Source: Opitutus sp. GAS368 | GTDB lineage: Bacteria > Verrucomicrobiota > Verrucomicrobiia > Opitutales > Opitutaceae | Length of the DNA: 53,367 nucleotides | Direction of reading: 5' to 3' | NCBI GenBank assembly: GCA_945861645.1 | Contig: CAMAVZ010000012.1 | Coordinates: 1 to 53,367 of the forward strand | In this document: positions 1-9,881 of the stretch, in pieces | How positions within the stretch are numbered: the stretch's first letter is position 1 | Layout: each line of letters opens with the position of its first letter | The notes under the pieces: model-generated | Database searches by the model: none | What the model saw: only the letters and a program-made list of their open reading frames with translations | What the model was told of the DNA's origin: nothing | Translations under genes and position numbers: made by a program

Positions 1-411
1 CGCGTGATGGTCAGCCGCCATGGAGCGCGCAGCATGGCAGAGGCTACGATTAAATTACAGGTGGGCCCTCAGGAAACCCACACCGCAGCTGAAGGGACTG
101 GTCCGGTGCATGCTTTTGATCAAGCGCTCCGCAAAGCGCTGCAACCTCATTTCCCCGCGGTAAAAAACATCCAGCTCGCCGACTATAAGGTGCGCATTTT
201 GAATTCTAACAATGGGACGGCGGCGGTGACTCGCGTGCTCATCGATTGGCATGATGACAGCAAAAGCAACAATCCAGCTGGGCCAATCCGCCGCTGGAGC
301 ACGGTTGGGGCCGGCGCAAATATTCTGGAGGCAACCTGGTTGGCCTTAGCCGATGGGTTTGAATATGCCGTGACGCAGAAGTTTGCCCCGAAATTAGAAA
401 ATATTTCATGA
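1..411 (+). CDS. cimA: Citramalate synthase / 2-isopropylmalate synthase family, C-terminal regulatory domain (5'-truncated by window edge)
   Basis: Motifs EATIKL..HTAAEGTGPVHAFDQALRKAL, DYKVRIL, GTAAVTRVLI, WSTVG are typical of CimA-type C-termini; overlaps leuB start (ATGA). Confidence 0.75.
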   Translation, partial: RVMVSRHGARSMAEATIKLQVGPQETHTAAEGTGPVHAFDQALRKALQPHFPAVKNIQLADYKVRILNSNNGTAAVTRVLIDWHDDSKSNNPAGPIRRWSTVGAGANILEATWLALADGFEYAVTQKFAPKLENIS

Positions 412-1502
412 ACGCAAAAATTGCTCTTACCCCCGGTGACGGGATTGGTCCTGAGGTAGTTAATGAAGCTCGACTCGTGCTCGAGGCGGTCGCCCAGCGC
501 CATGGTCATAAATTTAATTTCTCTGAGCATTTGCTTGGGGGTTGTGCGATCGATGCCAAAGGTACCGCCATGCCTGATGAGACCCTCGCGGCCTGTCAGG
601 CGGCTGATGCGGTTTTGTTAGGCGCGGTAGGTGGGCCCCAATGGGATGACCCGCAAGCCACCGTGCGCCCTGAGCAGGGTTTGCTCGCGATCCGCAAGGC
701 GCTTGGGCTTTACGCCAATGTGCGCCCGGTCCGCCCCTATCCCTCGCTTGCTAAGCTTTCGCCTCTGAAACCTGAGCGGGTGGCCGGAGTAGATTTTGTC
801 GTAATCCGTGAACTGACCGGTGGACTATATTTTGGCACACCCAAGGGGCGCACGATAACTCCCGAGGGTGAACGGGCGGTGGATACGCTTATTTATACGG
901 ATTGGGAGATTCGCCGAATTGTTCGGCTCGCTTTTCAGCTCGCGCAAAAGCGCCGTAAATCTGTTACCTCGGTCGATAAAGCTAATGTCCTCGAATCGTC
1001 GCGCCTGTGGAGAAAAGTAGCGATCGAGGTCAGCCGGGAATTTCCCGACGTAAAACTGGAGCATCAACTGGTTGATTCCTGTGCGATGCGTTTGATCACG
1101 CACGCGCCTCAGTTTGATGTCATTGTTACGGAAAATATGTTCGGTGATATTTTGACGGATGAAGCGGCCGTGCTGGCTGGTTCGTTAGGGGTGTTGCCCA
1201 GCGCTTCACTCGGAGCCGGGAAACATGGGCTGTATGAACCGATTCACGGTTCGGCTCCGGATATTGCGGGTAAAGGCATCGCCAATCCAGTCGGCACCAT
1301 TCTGTCGGTCGCGCTGTTGCTCCGGCATTCACTCGGTCTTGAAACAGAGGCTGGCGAAGTGGAGGCCGCGGTCAACTTAGCCTTAGAAGAAGGCAAGCAC
1401 ACGGCTGATCTAGGGACGAAAACGCCGTTAAGTACTACGCAAATGGGCGAAGCTATTCGCGAGCGGTTGGCCCATGGCATCATTCACCGCCAGCCCGACT
1501 AA
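408..1502 (+). CDS. leuB: 3-isopropylmalate dehydrogenase
   Basis: PGDGIGPEV, RELTGGLYFG, VDKANVL, ENMFGDILTDEA, YEPIHGSAPDIAG motifs. Confidence 0.97.
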   Translation: MNAKIALTPGDGIGPEVVNEARLVLEAVAQRHGHKFNFSEHLLGGCAIDAKGTAMPDETLAACQAADAVLLGAVGGPQWDDPQATVRPEQGLLAIRKALGLYANVRPVRPYPSLAKLSPLKPERVAGVDFVVIRELTGGLYFGTPKGRTITPEGERAVDTLIYTDWEIRRIVRLAFQLAQKRRKSVTSVDKANVLESSRLWRKVAIEVSREFPDVKLEHQLVDSCAMRLITHAPQFDVIVTENMFGDILTDEAAVLAGSLGVLPSASLGAGKHGLYEPIHGSAPDIAGKGIANPVGTILSVALLLRHSLGLETEAGEVEAAVNLALEEGKHTADLGTKTPLSTTQMGEAIRERLAHGIIHRQPD

Positions 1503-1511
1503 TTTTATTCT

Positions 1512-2702
1512 ATGAATAGTCCTGCTCCGCAGCTTTTTGACACCACGCGTTTTATCGCGCGACATGTGGCGGGTCTGCGCCGCTCGGGTATTCGTGATTT
1601 TTTTGAGCTAGTCGCTAAAACCGATGGGGTCATCTCCCTGGGTATTGGTGAGCCGGATTTTGACACCCCGCAGCCGATTCGCGACGCCGTGACCACGGCG
1701 ATGAATACGGGAAAAACCCATTACACCTCGAATCTCGGTTTGCCGGATTTGCGCCAGGAGATCTGCCGTTACGCCGAAGGTCATTTTAAGGTGAGTTACC
1801 GTTCGGATGACGAGGTGCTGGTAACGGTGGGAGTTTCCGAGGGGCTCGATCTGACCTTGCGGTCGTTACTGAACCCTGGCGATAAAGTGATGTATCACCA
1901 ACCTTGTTATGTCTCCTACGCTCCGTCGGTGGATTTGGTTCACGCGGTGGGCGTGCCGGTGGCAACGAGTGCCCAAGATTTTTTCTCGCTAGATGCGCCT
2001 GCGCTGGCGGCCGCTTGGCAGCCCGGTTGCAAATTGCTTCTGTTGAACCTGCCGTGCAATCCGACCGGGGGCGTGTGCTCGCGCGAACAACTGGAGCGGA
2101 TCGCGAAATTCACGATTGAGAAGGATCTGATCGTGGTCAGCGACGAGATCTATTCGGAGCTGGTTTTTGAAGGGCCGCACACGAGCATCGCTAGCCTTCC
2201 TGGCATGCGGGAACGGACGATTGTGCTGCATGGTTTTTCCAAGGCGTTTGCTATGACTGGATTTCGGCTGGGCTATGCTTGCGGCCCCGCCCCGCTGATC
2301 GAGGCCATGATGAAAGTGCACCAATATACGATGCTCTGCGCGCCGAGTATTAGTCAGGAAGGTGCGCTCGCGGCGCTTCGGCTCGGTGATGATGCGACAA
2401 AATTTATGCGCGATCGTTATCGGGAGCGGCGTGACCTATTTGTGCGTCGGATTAATGCCGCCGGCCTAGTCTGTCACGCCCCGCGCGGTTCTTTTTATGC
2501 GTTCCCCTCCGTCGTTTCCACTGGGTTGGATGAGGGTGAGTTTGCGCGTCGATTGCTGACTGAGCATAAGGTAGCGGTTGTCCCTGGTACCGCCTTTGGC
2601 GATGCGGGTAAGGGCCACGTGCGGGCCTGTTTTACCGCTAATGAAGAAAAGCTGACCGCGGCCTGTGATCGCATTGAGCGACTGCTGCAGTCGCTCGCGT
2701 AG
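1512..2702 (+). CDS. PLP-dependent aminotransferase class I/II
   Basis: GEPDF, NPTG, SDEIYSEL, GFSKAFAMTGFRLG (PLP lysine) motifs. Confidence 0.93.
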   Translation: MNSPAPQLFDTTRFIARHVAGLRRSGIRDFFELVAKTDGVISLGIGEPDFDTPQPIRDAVTTAMNTGKTHYTSNLGLPDLRQEICRYAEGHFKVSYRSDDEVLVTVGVSEGLDLTLRSLLNPGDKVMYHQPCYVSYAPSVDLVHAVGVPVATSAQDFFSLDAPALAAAWQPGCKLLLLNLPCNPTGGVCSREQLERIAKFTIEKDLIVVSDEIYSELVFEGPHTSIASLPGMRERTIVLHGFSKAFAMTGFRLGYACGPAPLIEAMMKVHQYTMLCAPSISQEGALAALRLGDDATKFMRDRYRERRDLFVRRINAAGLVCHAPRGSFYAFPSVVSTGLDEGEFARRLLTEHKVAVVPGTAFGDAGKGHVRACFTANEEKLTAACDRIERLLQSLA

Positions 2703-2733
2703 GCTGCGTTGGTTTGCGCCAAGCGAGTTGCAT

Positions 2734-2764
2734 AAAAAAGGCTCGGGCTGTTATACCCGAGCCT
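2734..2764 (-). terminator. Rho-independent terminator of the porin gene (may also act on the convergent operon)
   Basis: AGGCTCGGG/CCCGAGCCT 9-bp stem followed by a T-run on the minus strand. Confidence 0.8.
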
Positions 2765-2787
2765 AAGATGACGGAATTGAGCTTAAC

Positions 2788-3561
2788 TTAGTAGGTAATC
2801 GTGTAGCCCACGGTGACAAAGCCGCGACCAATCGCCGCAGTATTTACCGTCTTCCCCAGGCTCCCCTGCTTGAGGAAGTTGTTGGAACCAGCGCTATAGC
2901 TCCAGCCGACTGTGATCTTGGAGGTTGGGCTGACTTGGAATGGCATGGCTAGGCCGAGAAGGTAGTAGTCACCCCAATTTTTGATGTTAGGCGTATTATT
3001 GGGAGCGTAGTCAGTTAGTTTAAACGTGCCTACGGTCGCGGTGAAACTCAGTTCCGACGCAATTGCCGCCAAGGGAACGCTGAAGGCAGCCGTTAACTCA
3101 GCCGTGGGGCCCTTGACCACGAGATCATAGTAGAGCTTGGGGGTCAGTTTGAGTCCACCGATGGTGTAATTGAACGCAATGTTTGGCTCGAACGTTCCCT
3201 TATAAAAACCATTGAGCTTAACGGCGTTGGGGTACGTATAAAAGGTTACCCCCGGCACAACCGTCATATCTTTGGCCACCTCGAGTGAGTACGAGCCATA
3301 GAAATCAAGCTCGGGAGCGGATTGACCAACTACTTTATCCTGCAAAGGGAAGTTGGTCCAAAGGCCGGCCACAAGGCTGCCGCGACCGTATTCAATAGAG
3401 GGTTGGAAGGAGGTACCCCCAAGGCGGGTACCCCGAAACATGTATTGTGAGGTCACCGCTGAGCTAACGACTAATGAGCCGGTTGTTGGCTCGGTGGTCG
3501 TTTGCGCAGTGAGCAGAGACCCCATCGCCAGTGCAGCGAGAGAGAGCATTATTTTTTTCAT
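2788..3561 (-). CDS. TorF/TIGR02001 (Gcw_chp)-like outer-membrane beta-barrel protein
   Basis: Signal peptide, TSQYMFRG motif, ELDFYGSY, C-terminal aromatic residue (GYTITY). Confidence 0.75.
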   Translation of the reverse strand: MKKIMLSLAALAMGSLLTAQTTTEPTTGSLVVSSAVTSQYMFRGTRLGGTSFQPSIEYGRGSLVAGLWTNFPLQDKVVGQSAPELDFYGSYSLEVAKDMTVVPGVTFYTYPNAVKLNGFYKGTFEPNIAFNYTIGGLKLTPKLYYDLVVKGPTAELTAAFSVPLAAIASELSFTATVGTFKLTDYAPNNTPNIKNWGDYYLLGLAMPFQVSPTSKITVGWSYSAGSNNFLKQGSLGKTVNTAAIGRGFVTVGYTITY

Positions 3562-3674
3562 AGGTATTTTGGTTATGTTGGTTTGATGTAGGGATCTAAG
3601 TTGAGCGTACAGGGAGAGTAGGTTTAGGCACGAGGCTCAAATTTCCCCTGAACTGATTTGGCGAATGTATCCCT

Positions 3675-3690
3675 AGCAAGTGTCGGGCCA
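3675..3690 (-). promoter_or_regulatory. Sigma-54 (-24/-12) promoter for the porin gene
   Basis: Minus strand reads TGGCCCGACACTTGCT: GG-N10-GC spacing, close to consensus TGGCACG-N4-TTGCW, ~115 bp upstream of the ATG. Confidence 0.7.
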
Positions 3691-4010
3691 AATCGTTTAC
3701 CTTAATCCATCGCCAGAGATGATATCTTGAAAATGATATAAAGTTCCTTCGGTCCTCAATAATATGGATTCCCGGTTCGGAGCATGCCGGAATATTAGTC
3801 GCGAGGTGTCGCTCTCAAAATATCAATTCAGGAGAGCGATCTTTTCTCAGGCTTTTTACAAAACGAGTTGCCTCAGTTAAGCCTGAGCTTCGCCCCCTCT
3901 ACTCTCGGACTAGCGTATTGTTCTGCGCACGTTGCGGAGATAATCGGCCATCGGCAGTAGGTGGTCCGGCTAATACGTATCCTCCGTAATGGGCTTGCGT
4001 GGTTTTATAC

Positions 4011-4040
4011 AAAAAAAAGCCGCACCGTGGAAGGTGCGGC
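4011..4040 (-). terminator. Rho-independent terminator of the exbB-tonB operon
   Basis: GCCGCACC/GGTGCGGC stem followed by T8 on the minus strand. Confidence 0.85.
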
Positions 4041-4066
4041 CAGACCGTGAGACGGTTAGCAGTAAT

Positions 4067-4609
4067 TTACTTAGCGGCTACTGGCGGTGGCGGGGGCGGG
4101 GGCGGGGGCACTGCGATCGAACTATCATTGAGCTTTTTAGCCACCATTTCAATGGTGCGCTGAATTTCAAGTTCCGCATTGCGCCGATTTATTTTAGTTA
4201 ACTCTACGGTTTTCGATAGCTCAAGGTTCTCGCGGGTCAAATTTTCCCTAGCGTCGCGATTCTGGGCTATCTGGGCTTCTAAATCAGTGATCTCTTTGCT
4301 GAGTTTAGCCGCTTGCGAGGTATAATCTGCCGTTTGATCACGGAGTGATTTCATGGCCTCGTCATACTCGGCCTGTTTTTTGGCCTGCTTCTTGAGATCT
4401 TCTGCATCGCGTTCTTCTTGCCGGCGTTTGGCGTCGGCGGTCGCTTTCAATTCGACCTCATCTTTACGCTTTTTCTCTTCGAGCTTAATTTTGACCGCTT
4501 TCTCTTGATTCACCATTTCCCGCGCATGCATTTCTTTGAGCGAATTATTGTAGGTGACCGCGAAAATGGCCAACAGGATGAGCGGAACGATAAGATATGA
4601 CTTGTTCAT
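4067..4609 (-). CDS. Hypothetical membrane-anchored coiled-coil protein with Pro-rich C-terminus
   Basis: N-terminal hydrophobic segment (YLIVPLILLAIFAV), long E/K/A-rich helix, poly-Pro tail; in tonB operon. Confidence 0.8.
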   Translation of the reverse strand: MNKSYLIVPLILLAIFAVTYNNSLKEMHAREMVNQEKAVKIKLEEKKRKDEVELKATADAKRRQEERDAEDLKKQAKKQAEYDEAMKSLRDQTADYTSQAAKLSKEITDLEAQIAQNRDARENLTRENLELSKTVELTKINRRNAELEIQRTIEMVAKKLNDSSIAVPPPPPPPPPVAAK

Positions 4610-4629
4610 GGGAGCGAAGGTAAGGCGGG

Positions 4630-5169
4630 TTAGCTTTTCTTGGCGGCAGCGACGGCTAGACGGGCAGCCTCAGCTCGAGCGGCTTCGGCTACATTTATTT
4701 TATCAAGCAGGTTATAGTAATAGCCCACATTCGCTTCAGCTTGTTTGAGGTAGGCTTTTAAGAAAATATTTTCTTCTACATGTTTTTTCTTTTCTTCGGT
4801 GACTTTGTCGACCGCAGCTTTGACCTCAACGAGATCCTTTTTCAGGCGGTCAGATTGTTCCCGCAGACGCTTGCGCTCTTCGTAGGCCCGCTGACGTTGG
4901 TCGTCGGCCTCTTGGCGAGCGGTTTTCTTCAGCTCTTCAAAGCGTTCTTTTTCGGCGCGTTCTACGGCCCGTATCTTCGAAGCTTCGATCGCAGCGGCAA
5001 TCGCTTTTTCGCGGTCTAGGATCTGTTGCTTGGCTTTTTCCTTTTTAACATTTTCCGCGGCAACCTTAACGGCGGCGAGGCGCGCCTCGTAGCCACTGGA
5101 GAAGCTGAGGTAAAAACCACCAAAGATCAGTAGACCGATCAGTGGGAAAATAATGTAGGCTTTATTCAT
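4630..5169 (-). CDS. Hypothetical membrane-anchored coiled-coil protein (apparent paralog of 4067-4609)
   Basis: MNKAYIIFPLIGLLIFGG resembles MNKSYLIVPLILLAIF; long charged helix. Confidence 0.8.
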   Translation of the reverse strand: MNKAYIIFPLIGLLIFGGFYLSFSSGYEARLAAVKVAAENVKKEKAKQQILDREKAIAAAIEASKIRAVERAEKERFEELKKTARQEADDQRQRAYEERKRLREQSDRLKKDLVEVKAAVDKVTEEKKKHVEENIFLKAYLKQAEANVGYYYNLLDKINVAEAARAEAARLAVAAAKKS

Positions 5170-5204
5170 GGTCGGGTAGTGCGTTCGTTAAAATTATCGA
5201 TTGA

Positions 5205-6554
5205 TTACATCTTGCTCTTCTTGAGGTCGCGATCCTTGAGGATTTCTTCAATGGCCTTAATCATATTTTGGCCATCTTTGGCCCCCTCAGGGTAGGCGGC
5301 GCCTTTTTTGGCCGCCTCCAGTGCGATATCAAATTGCTTAAGCTCGTAGGCAACATAAGCGAGGAAGAGATAAACGGAGTGGGGTTTTGATAGGCCACCT
5401 TTGGTCACAGCTGCCTGAAGATGGGGCAGGGCTTCCGTTGGCTTCTCTAGTGTATGATACGCTTGAGCTATCATAAATTCAAGTTGGCCAGATTTAGGGA
5501 AGGCTTTGGTGGCGCTCTTTAACGCTTCAATTGATTTTAAAGGCCGTTCCAACTGATTGTAAGCTAGGGCCAAGAGCTCCCAGTTTTTAATCTCATTTTC
5601 AATCTGACCGACCCGCAGGCCAGTTTCTAATAACTCAGCCGCTTTGCCAAACTGGCCGATGTTAAAATAAATCCCGATGAGATTGAAATAATCCTTCGGA
5701 GCCACCAGGAGGCCGAGCGCTTGCGCGCGCTCTAGGGCCAGAATGGCTCGGAGGTCTTGTCCCGCACCAAGGTAGAGGGCGGCTAGCTGCTGCCAATAAT
5801 TAGCTGAATCGGGCTTCTGTTTCACCATTAGCTCAAGAATTTCCACTGCTTCTGCATTGCGGCTGAGCTGCTGAAGGCAGACCAGCTTAAGAATGTAGAG
5901 AATATCCTTAGGGCGTGTGGTCAGGTGTAAGCCGATTTCAACTTGATCTAAGCAGCGTTGCATCATGGGCAGATCGGGGTGATCAGAGACCTGGATGGCG
6001 CGGTTATAAAGGAGCTGGGCGTAGATGAGTTGCGCCTCAGCGGTCGATTTAGGATTGAGCTTAAGCCAGCGCGCCATCGTTCTATCCGCTTTCTCATAAA
6101 GCGTAGCAGCAGCGGCAGGATTTTTTGTATTAACTGCTTCTTGAAGACAGAGTTGAGCTAGAAAAAAGAGAAAATCTCGTGTGGCGCGTTCCTCATAATA
6201 AGTGGGCGTCTTAGAGTCAGATAGTGCTAGGCCCCGCTCCAGCGGCTCGATAACTTTACTGAAGTCACCTTTTTGTAATAAAGTCTGCACTTTAATCTGC
6301 AGAAGCAGCGCGGTATCGTAGCTCTCAGATGGAACTTTTGTCAGCTGAGTATCGAGCAGAGCAAGCGCTACATCATACTGTTTAGCATCTACGGCCGTCT
6401 TATATTTTGGCAGGAATTCGCTGGTAGCATCAGAGGCGGAATAATCCCTAATTGGGGCGGCGGGTTGCTGGGAGTAGGCCGGTGCTAGCAGCAACAGGGA
6501 AGCCCCCAGTAACGTTAGGATAGAGCGGGAAGATAATGAGGTGAATTTCAACAT
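5205..6554 (-). CDS. Secreted tetratricopeptide-repeat protein
   Basis: Signal peptide then repeated TPR-like helices (YWQQLAALY, ELLALAY, YLFLAYVAY); directly downstream of tonB. Confidence 0.85.
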   Translation of the reverse strand: MLKFTSLSSRSILTLLGASLLLLAPAYSQQPAAPIRDYSASDATSEFLPKYKTAVDAKQYDVALALLDTQLTKVPSESYDTALLLQIKVQTLLQKGDFSKVIEPLERGLALSDSKTPTYYEERATRDFLFFLAQLCLQEAVNTKNPAAAATLYEKADRTMARWLKLNPKSTAEAQLIYAQLLYNRAIQVSDHPDLPMMQRCLDQVEIGLHLTTRPKDILYILKLVCLQQLSRNAEAVEILELMVKQKPDSANYWQQLAALYLGAGQDLRAILALERAQALGLLVAPKDYFNLIGIYFNIGQFGKAAELLETGLRVGQIENEIKNWELLALAYNQLERPLKSIEALKSATKAFPKSGQLEFMIAQAYHTLEKPTEALPHLQAAVTKGGLSKPHSVYLFLAYVAYELKQFDIALEAAKKGAAYPEGAKDGQNMIKAIEEILKDRDLKKSKM

Positions 6555-6569
6555 GGCAGGCAGGCGATG

Positions 6570-7223
6570 TTATTTAGAATCCTCGAGATTGAACTCGATG
6601 AGCTGCGAAACGCGTACTTTAACCGCTTTGCCGCCTTTGCGGCCGGCCTTAAATTTCCATTTCTGCACAGCTTGCACTGCAGGCACTTCGAATTCGCGAT
6701 GGGAGGAACGGACAATACGTGTATCGATGACGTCACCATTCTCGTTAATGATAAATTCAACCACCACATCGCCGCTAATGCCGGCGCGGCTCATCTCATA
6801 CGGATAGGCGGGTTGCGGTTGGACGCGAGCGGTTGGCCGCTGGTCTAGATTATTGATATCAAATAAATTGGCGATGCCTTTGCCGAAATTCGCCCCCGGC
6901 TTCAGCACGGGAATAGTGATCGCGCCTGAAGCGATCATGCCCGGCGGCGGTGGCGGGGTCAAAGGCTGCGTGAATGCCTCAATTGGCACAATTGTCGGCA
7001 AATCGATCAAGCTTGGCGGGGCCAGCTGATTTTCAACAGGCTCCTCATTGAGATCCTCCACTTTATCTGGTTTTTCTTCATCCAGCGGCGGCATCTCAAA
7101 TTGAACTACCTCTTCTTTCGGGGGGGCTATTTTTTTCGGTGGGGGGGATTTTTGCCCCAAAAATAAAACGGTGGAGTGTAGCGCCACGGATACCACAACC
7201 CCTATGATAAGGTCTTTGTTCAT
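6570..7223 (-). CDS. tonB: Energy transducer TonB
   Basis: N-terminal TM with SVALHS (SxxxH), Pro-rich linker, C-terminal YPYEMSRAGISGDVVVEF..WKF domain. Confidence 0.92.
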   Translation of the reverse strand: MNKDLIIGVVVSVALHSTVLFLGQKSPPPKKIAPPKEEVVQFEMPPLDEEKPDKVEDLNEEPVENQLAPPSLIDLPTIVPIEAFTQPLTPPPPPGMIASGAITIPVLKPGANFGKGIANLFDINNLDQRPTARVQPQPAYPYEMSRAGISGDVVVEFIINENGDVIDTRIVRSSHREFEVPAVQAVQKWKFKAGRKGGKAVKVRVSQLIEFNLEDSK

Positions 7224-7231
7224 TGGGTGGC

Positions 7232-7660
7232 TTATTTGCCCGTTGGGCGAGTGCGTGTTTCGACGGAGAATTTTAAAATACCTGCCTTTCGGACTTCGTC
7301 GAGAACAGTCACGGTTAGACCAAAACGAGCTCGTTCGTCACCCGCTATCAAAATGCGCGGATCATCATTTTGGCTCTTATAGTATGCTATCCGAGAAGGC
7401 ACTTCGCTCAGATCAATAAGCTCACGGTTCCAAAAGATAGCTCCGTCACCTGAAATTTGAATCGTAACACTTTCATCCTTCAGTGGCCTGTCCCTCGGTG
7501 GGGCAGCGACCGGAAGATCAACCGGCACTGATTGGATGCGGTTGAGGGAGAGCGTAAAGAGAACGAAGGTCGCGAGCAGGAAGAAGATAACGTCAATGAG
7601 GGGGATAATCTCAATACGCGCCTTTTTGCGGACCAGTATTTTAACTTTATTGCCTTCCAT
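7232..7660 (-). CDS. exbD: Biopolymer transporter ExbD
   Basis: IEIIPLIDVIFFLLATF TM with conserved Asp; IAGDERA. Confidence 0.92.
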   Translation of the reverse strand: MEGNKVKILVRKKARIEIIPLIDVIFFLLATFVLFTLSLNRIQSVPVDLPVAAPPRDRPLKDESVTIQISGDGAIFWNRELIDLSEVPSRIAYYKSQNDDPRILIAGDERARFGLTVTVLDEVRKAGILKFSVETRTRPTGK

Positions 7661-7718
7661 GATGAGCGGTTAACAGAATTTAGCGGGTGCGGCGCTGGGA
7701 ATTATTATGGATGGCGGC

Positions 7719-8126
7719 TTAGCGACTACGAGTCTCAACAAAGACTTTCAGGAAGCCGGCTTTGCGTGCCTCGTCAAAAACGTACACGGCTTGAGCAAAA
7801 AAAGCCCGCTCGTCACCATTGATAAGGATGCGGCCATCCGGTTCTTGGAGGTGGTATTGCTGTAGGCGCAATAAAAACTCATCTAAGGTAACCAGGTCCA
7901 TGTTCCAAGCCAGGGCCCCTTCTTCGGTAATACTGACCGTTACCGTTCCTGAAGGATCGCGCGGCACGGCCGTTTCTGAAACGGGGAGATGCACCTTGAT
8001 CCCATTAGATTTATTAAGAGATAAGGTAAACAATACAAAGGTCGCGAGCAGGAAGAAGATAACGTCAATGAGAGGGATAATCTCAATGCGTGCTTTTTTC
8101 GCTCCACCAGATCCGCCGCCGTGCAT
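7719..8126 (-). CDS. exbD: Biopolymer transporter ExbD (second copy)
   Basis: Same IEIIPLIDVIFFLLATF TM motif; INGDERA. Confidence 0.92.
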   Translation of the reverse strand: MHGGGSGGAKKARIEIIPLIDVIFFLLATFVLFTLSLNKSNGIKVHLPVSETAVPRDPSGTVTVSITEEGALAWNMDLVTLDEFLLRLQQYHLQEPDGRILINGDERAFFAQAVYVFDEARKAGFLKVFVETRSR

Positions 8127-8169
8127 ACAGTTATTGATTAGGGATTAATGTACTTAAAGTACTACCTTA

Positions 8170-8856
8170 TCAGCGTGCTGCTGTGCTGCTGGATTTATTG
8201 ATAATAATCTCAAGCGAATTGGAGGCGTCCTCGATTTCATGGCGGGCCTCGTCTAAACGGGCATTGAGATAATTAAAGGGGAGGAGTCCGGCAATGGCGA
8301 TCGCAAGACCGCACATTGTGGCGATAAGCGCCTCAGCAACACCGCCGGTGATAGCCCCAGTGGATGCGCCGATATCACCTGAGCCGCTATTTAGCGCAGC
8401 GAAAGTGCCCATCATGCCGGTTACAGTTCCAAGCAGACCCAGCAAAGGAGCCGCCGTGATGCAGGTATCGAGGGTAGGTAGGCCTAGGCTAAAGCGTTGC
8501 ATTTCCTGATTCGCGGCTCGGGTAAATGAATTCCCAAGAGAATGTGACTTGTGGCTAATTGCATACACGAGAATACGGGCAACATAATCTCCACTTTTCT
8601 TGCCCAATTCGAGGGCTCCATTGACGTCGTTGGCTTCGACCTTTTCGAGCATCTTCTCAACCACTTCCGGCTGGCGCCGACCATTCTCGCGGAAGATGAA
8701 AATCACGCGCTCGATCGCAACCGTGATGAGAATAAATGAAGTGATCAGGATCGGCCACATGATGGGGCCGCCGTGCTTGAAGAGCTCCATGGCGGTCATC
8801 GGACTGCCATCAGAGTTAGTGAGAAGAATCGCTAGGGGCATATTGGCAGTGATCAT
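8170..8856 (-). CDS. exbB: MotA/TolQ/ExbB proton channel protein
   Basis: GGPIMWPI, APLLGLLGTVTGM, GGVAEALIATMCGL motifs. Confidence 0.92.
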   Translation of the reverse strand: MITANMPLAILLTNSDGSPMTAMELFKHGGPIMWPILITSFILITVAIERVIFIFRENGRRQPEVVEKMLEKVEANDVNGALELGKKSGDYVARILVYAISHKSHSLGNSFTRAANQEMQRFSLGLPTLDTCITAAPLLGLLGTVTGMMGTFAALNSGSGDIGASTGAITGGVAEALIATMCGLAIAIAGLLPFNYLNARLDEARHEIEDASNSLEIIINKSSSTAAR

Positions 8857-9084
8857 GGTGCGTATATGATGATTAAGTTGATCGGGGATGAGATTTTTAA
8901 GGGGAAATTATCTTTACAGGAAAATTAATTAACGGCGCAGAGCAAATTAATTAGAGGGGCAGGGTGTCGAGCAGGGGTAGGGGCTGTAGCAAAGGATGCG
9001 GAGAACGTTATCTGAAATTGCCGATAATTCGATATTTATGTCAATGCGCTTTGTTGATTAAGACATCTTTTTAATAATTTTAAT

Positions 9085-9158
9085 TGGCTGCCCGACTAGG
9101 AGTCGAACCTAGACAAAGCGAGTCAGAGTCGCTTGTGCTACCATTACACAATCGGGCA
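9085..9158 (-). tRNA. tRNA-Gln (CTG)
   Basis: Minus strand TGCCCGATTGTGTAATGGTAGCAC..CT-CTG-AC..GGTTCGACTCC..GGGCAGCCA cloverleaf with encoded CCA. Confidence 0.95.
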
Positions 9159-9226
9159 GTGGATAATTGATTATTGCTGGGACGGCACCCGTGGTGGCGG
9201 GAAGATTGACACTGTTGACAGAAAAA

Positions 9227-9301
9227 TGGAGCCGGCGATGGGATTCGAACCCGCAACCGCCTGTTTACAAAACAGGTGCTCTACCGTTGAGCTACACCGG
9301 C
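9227..9301 (-). tRNA. tRNA-Thr (TGT)
   Basis: GCCGGTGTAGCTCAACGGTAGAGCA..TT-TGT-AA..GGTTCGAATCC..CCGGCTCCA. Confidence 0.95.
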
Positions 9302-9349
9302 CCAGTAATTTGAGTGCAAAAGCAAATGAATTGGGAAAAAACACAAGTT

Positions 9350-9424
<75 letters not shown>

Positions 9425-9442
9425 GTCAAAACAGGAGGGGCA

Positions 9443-9470
9443 AACGTTATTAACGCTGGGGGCTTGTCAA
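9443..9470 (-). promoter_or_regulatory. Putative sigma-70 promoter of the tRNA cluster
   Basis: Perfect TTGACA at 9470-9465; -10 element only weak (AACGTT/TAACGT). Confidence 0.45.
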
Positions 9471-9881
9471 CCCCTTTCCCGTGTTTCGCAGGGCGGGTTT
9501 CGATCTACAAAATTAAAACAGAAAAATAGGTCGGTCAATTAGCTGCCGTCGCCACATCTTCTGGGGCTCATGAACGAGCGGCTGCCTGCTGCGTTGAGTT
9601 TATTTCGATCAGTTGAAAGCGCTCAGGCCCAGCATCGCCTCAACGGGGGCTTTTCGTTTTATCCTCTGCTGAAGCCGTGGCGCCTTCCTGAATAACAATG
9701 CATACAGCAGGGGCGTGTTGTTAATTTCAACAAGATGCACCAAGGGGAAGGCCTTAGTCTCAGCTGAATCTGCTTAAAGCAGGCTTAGGCCGGGTTAGGC
9801 GATTTTAGCGCAGCGCTCTTATTTAGCGGACAAAACACTTGCCAAGCGCACGGGCCTCCTCTGTTTTGCTCCGCTCTCCTC

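Noticed and set aside
9471-9880. Possible ncRNA in the long tRNA-rpmI intergenic region
   Set aside because: No recognisable family motif or convincing structure by eye; an Rfam scan would be needed.
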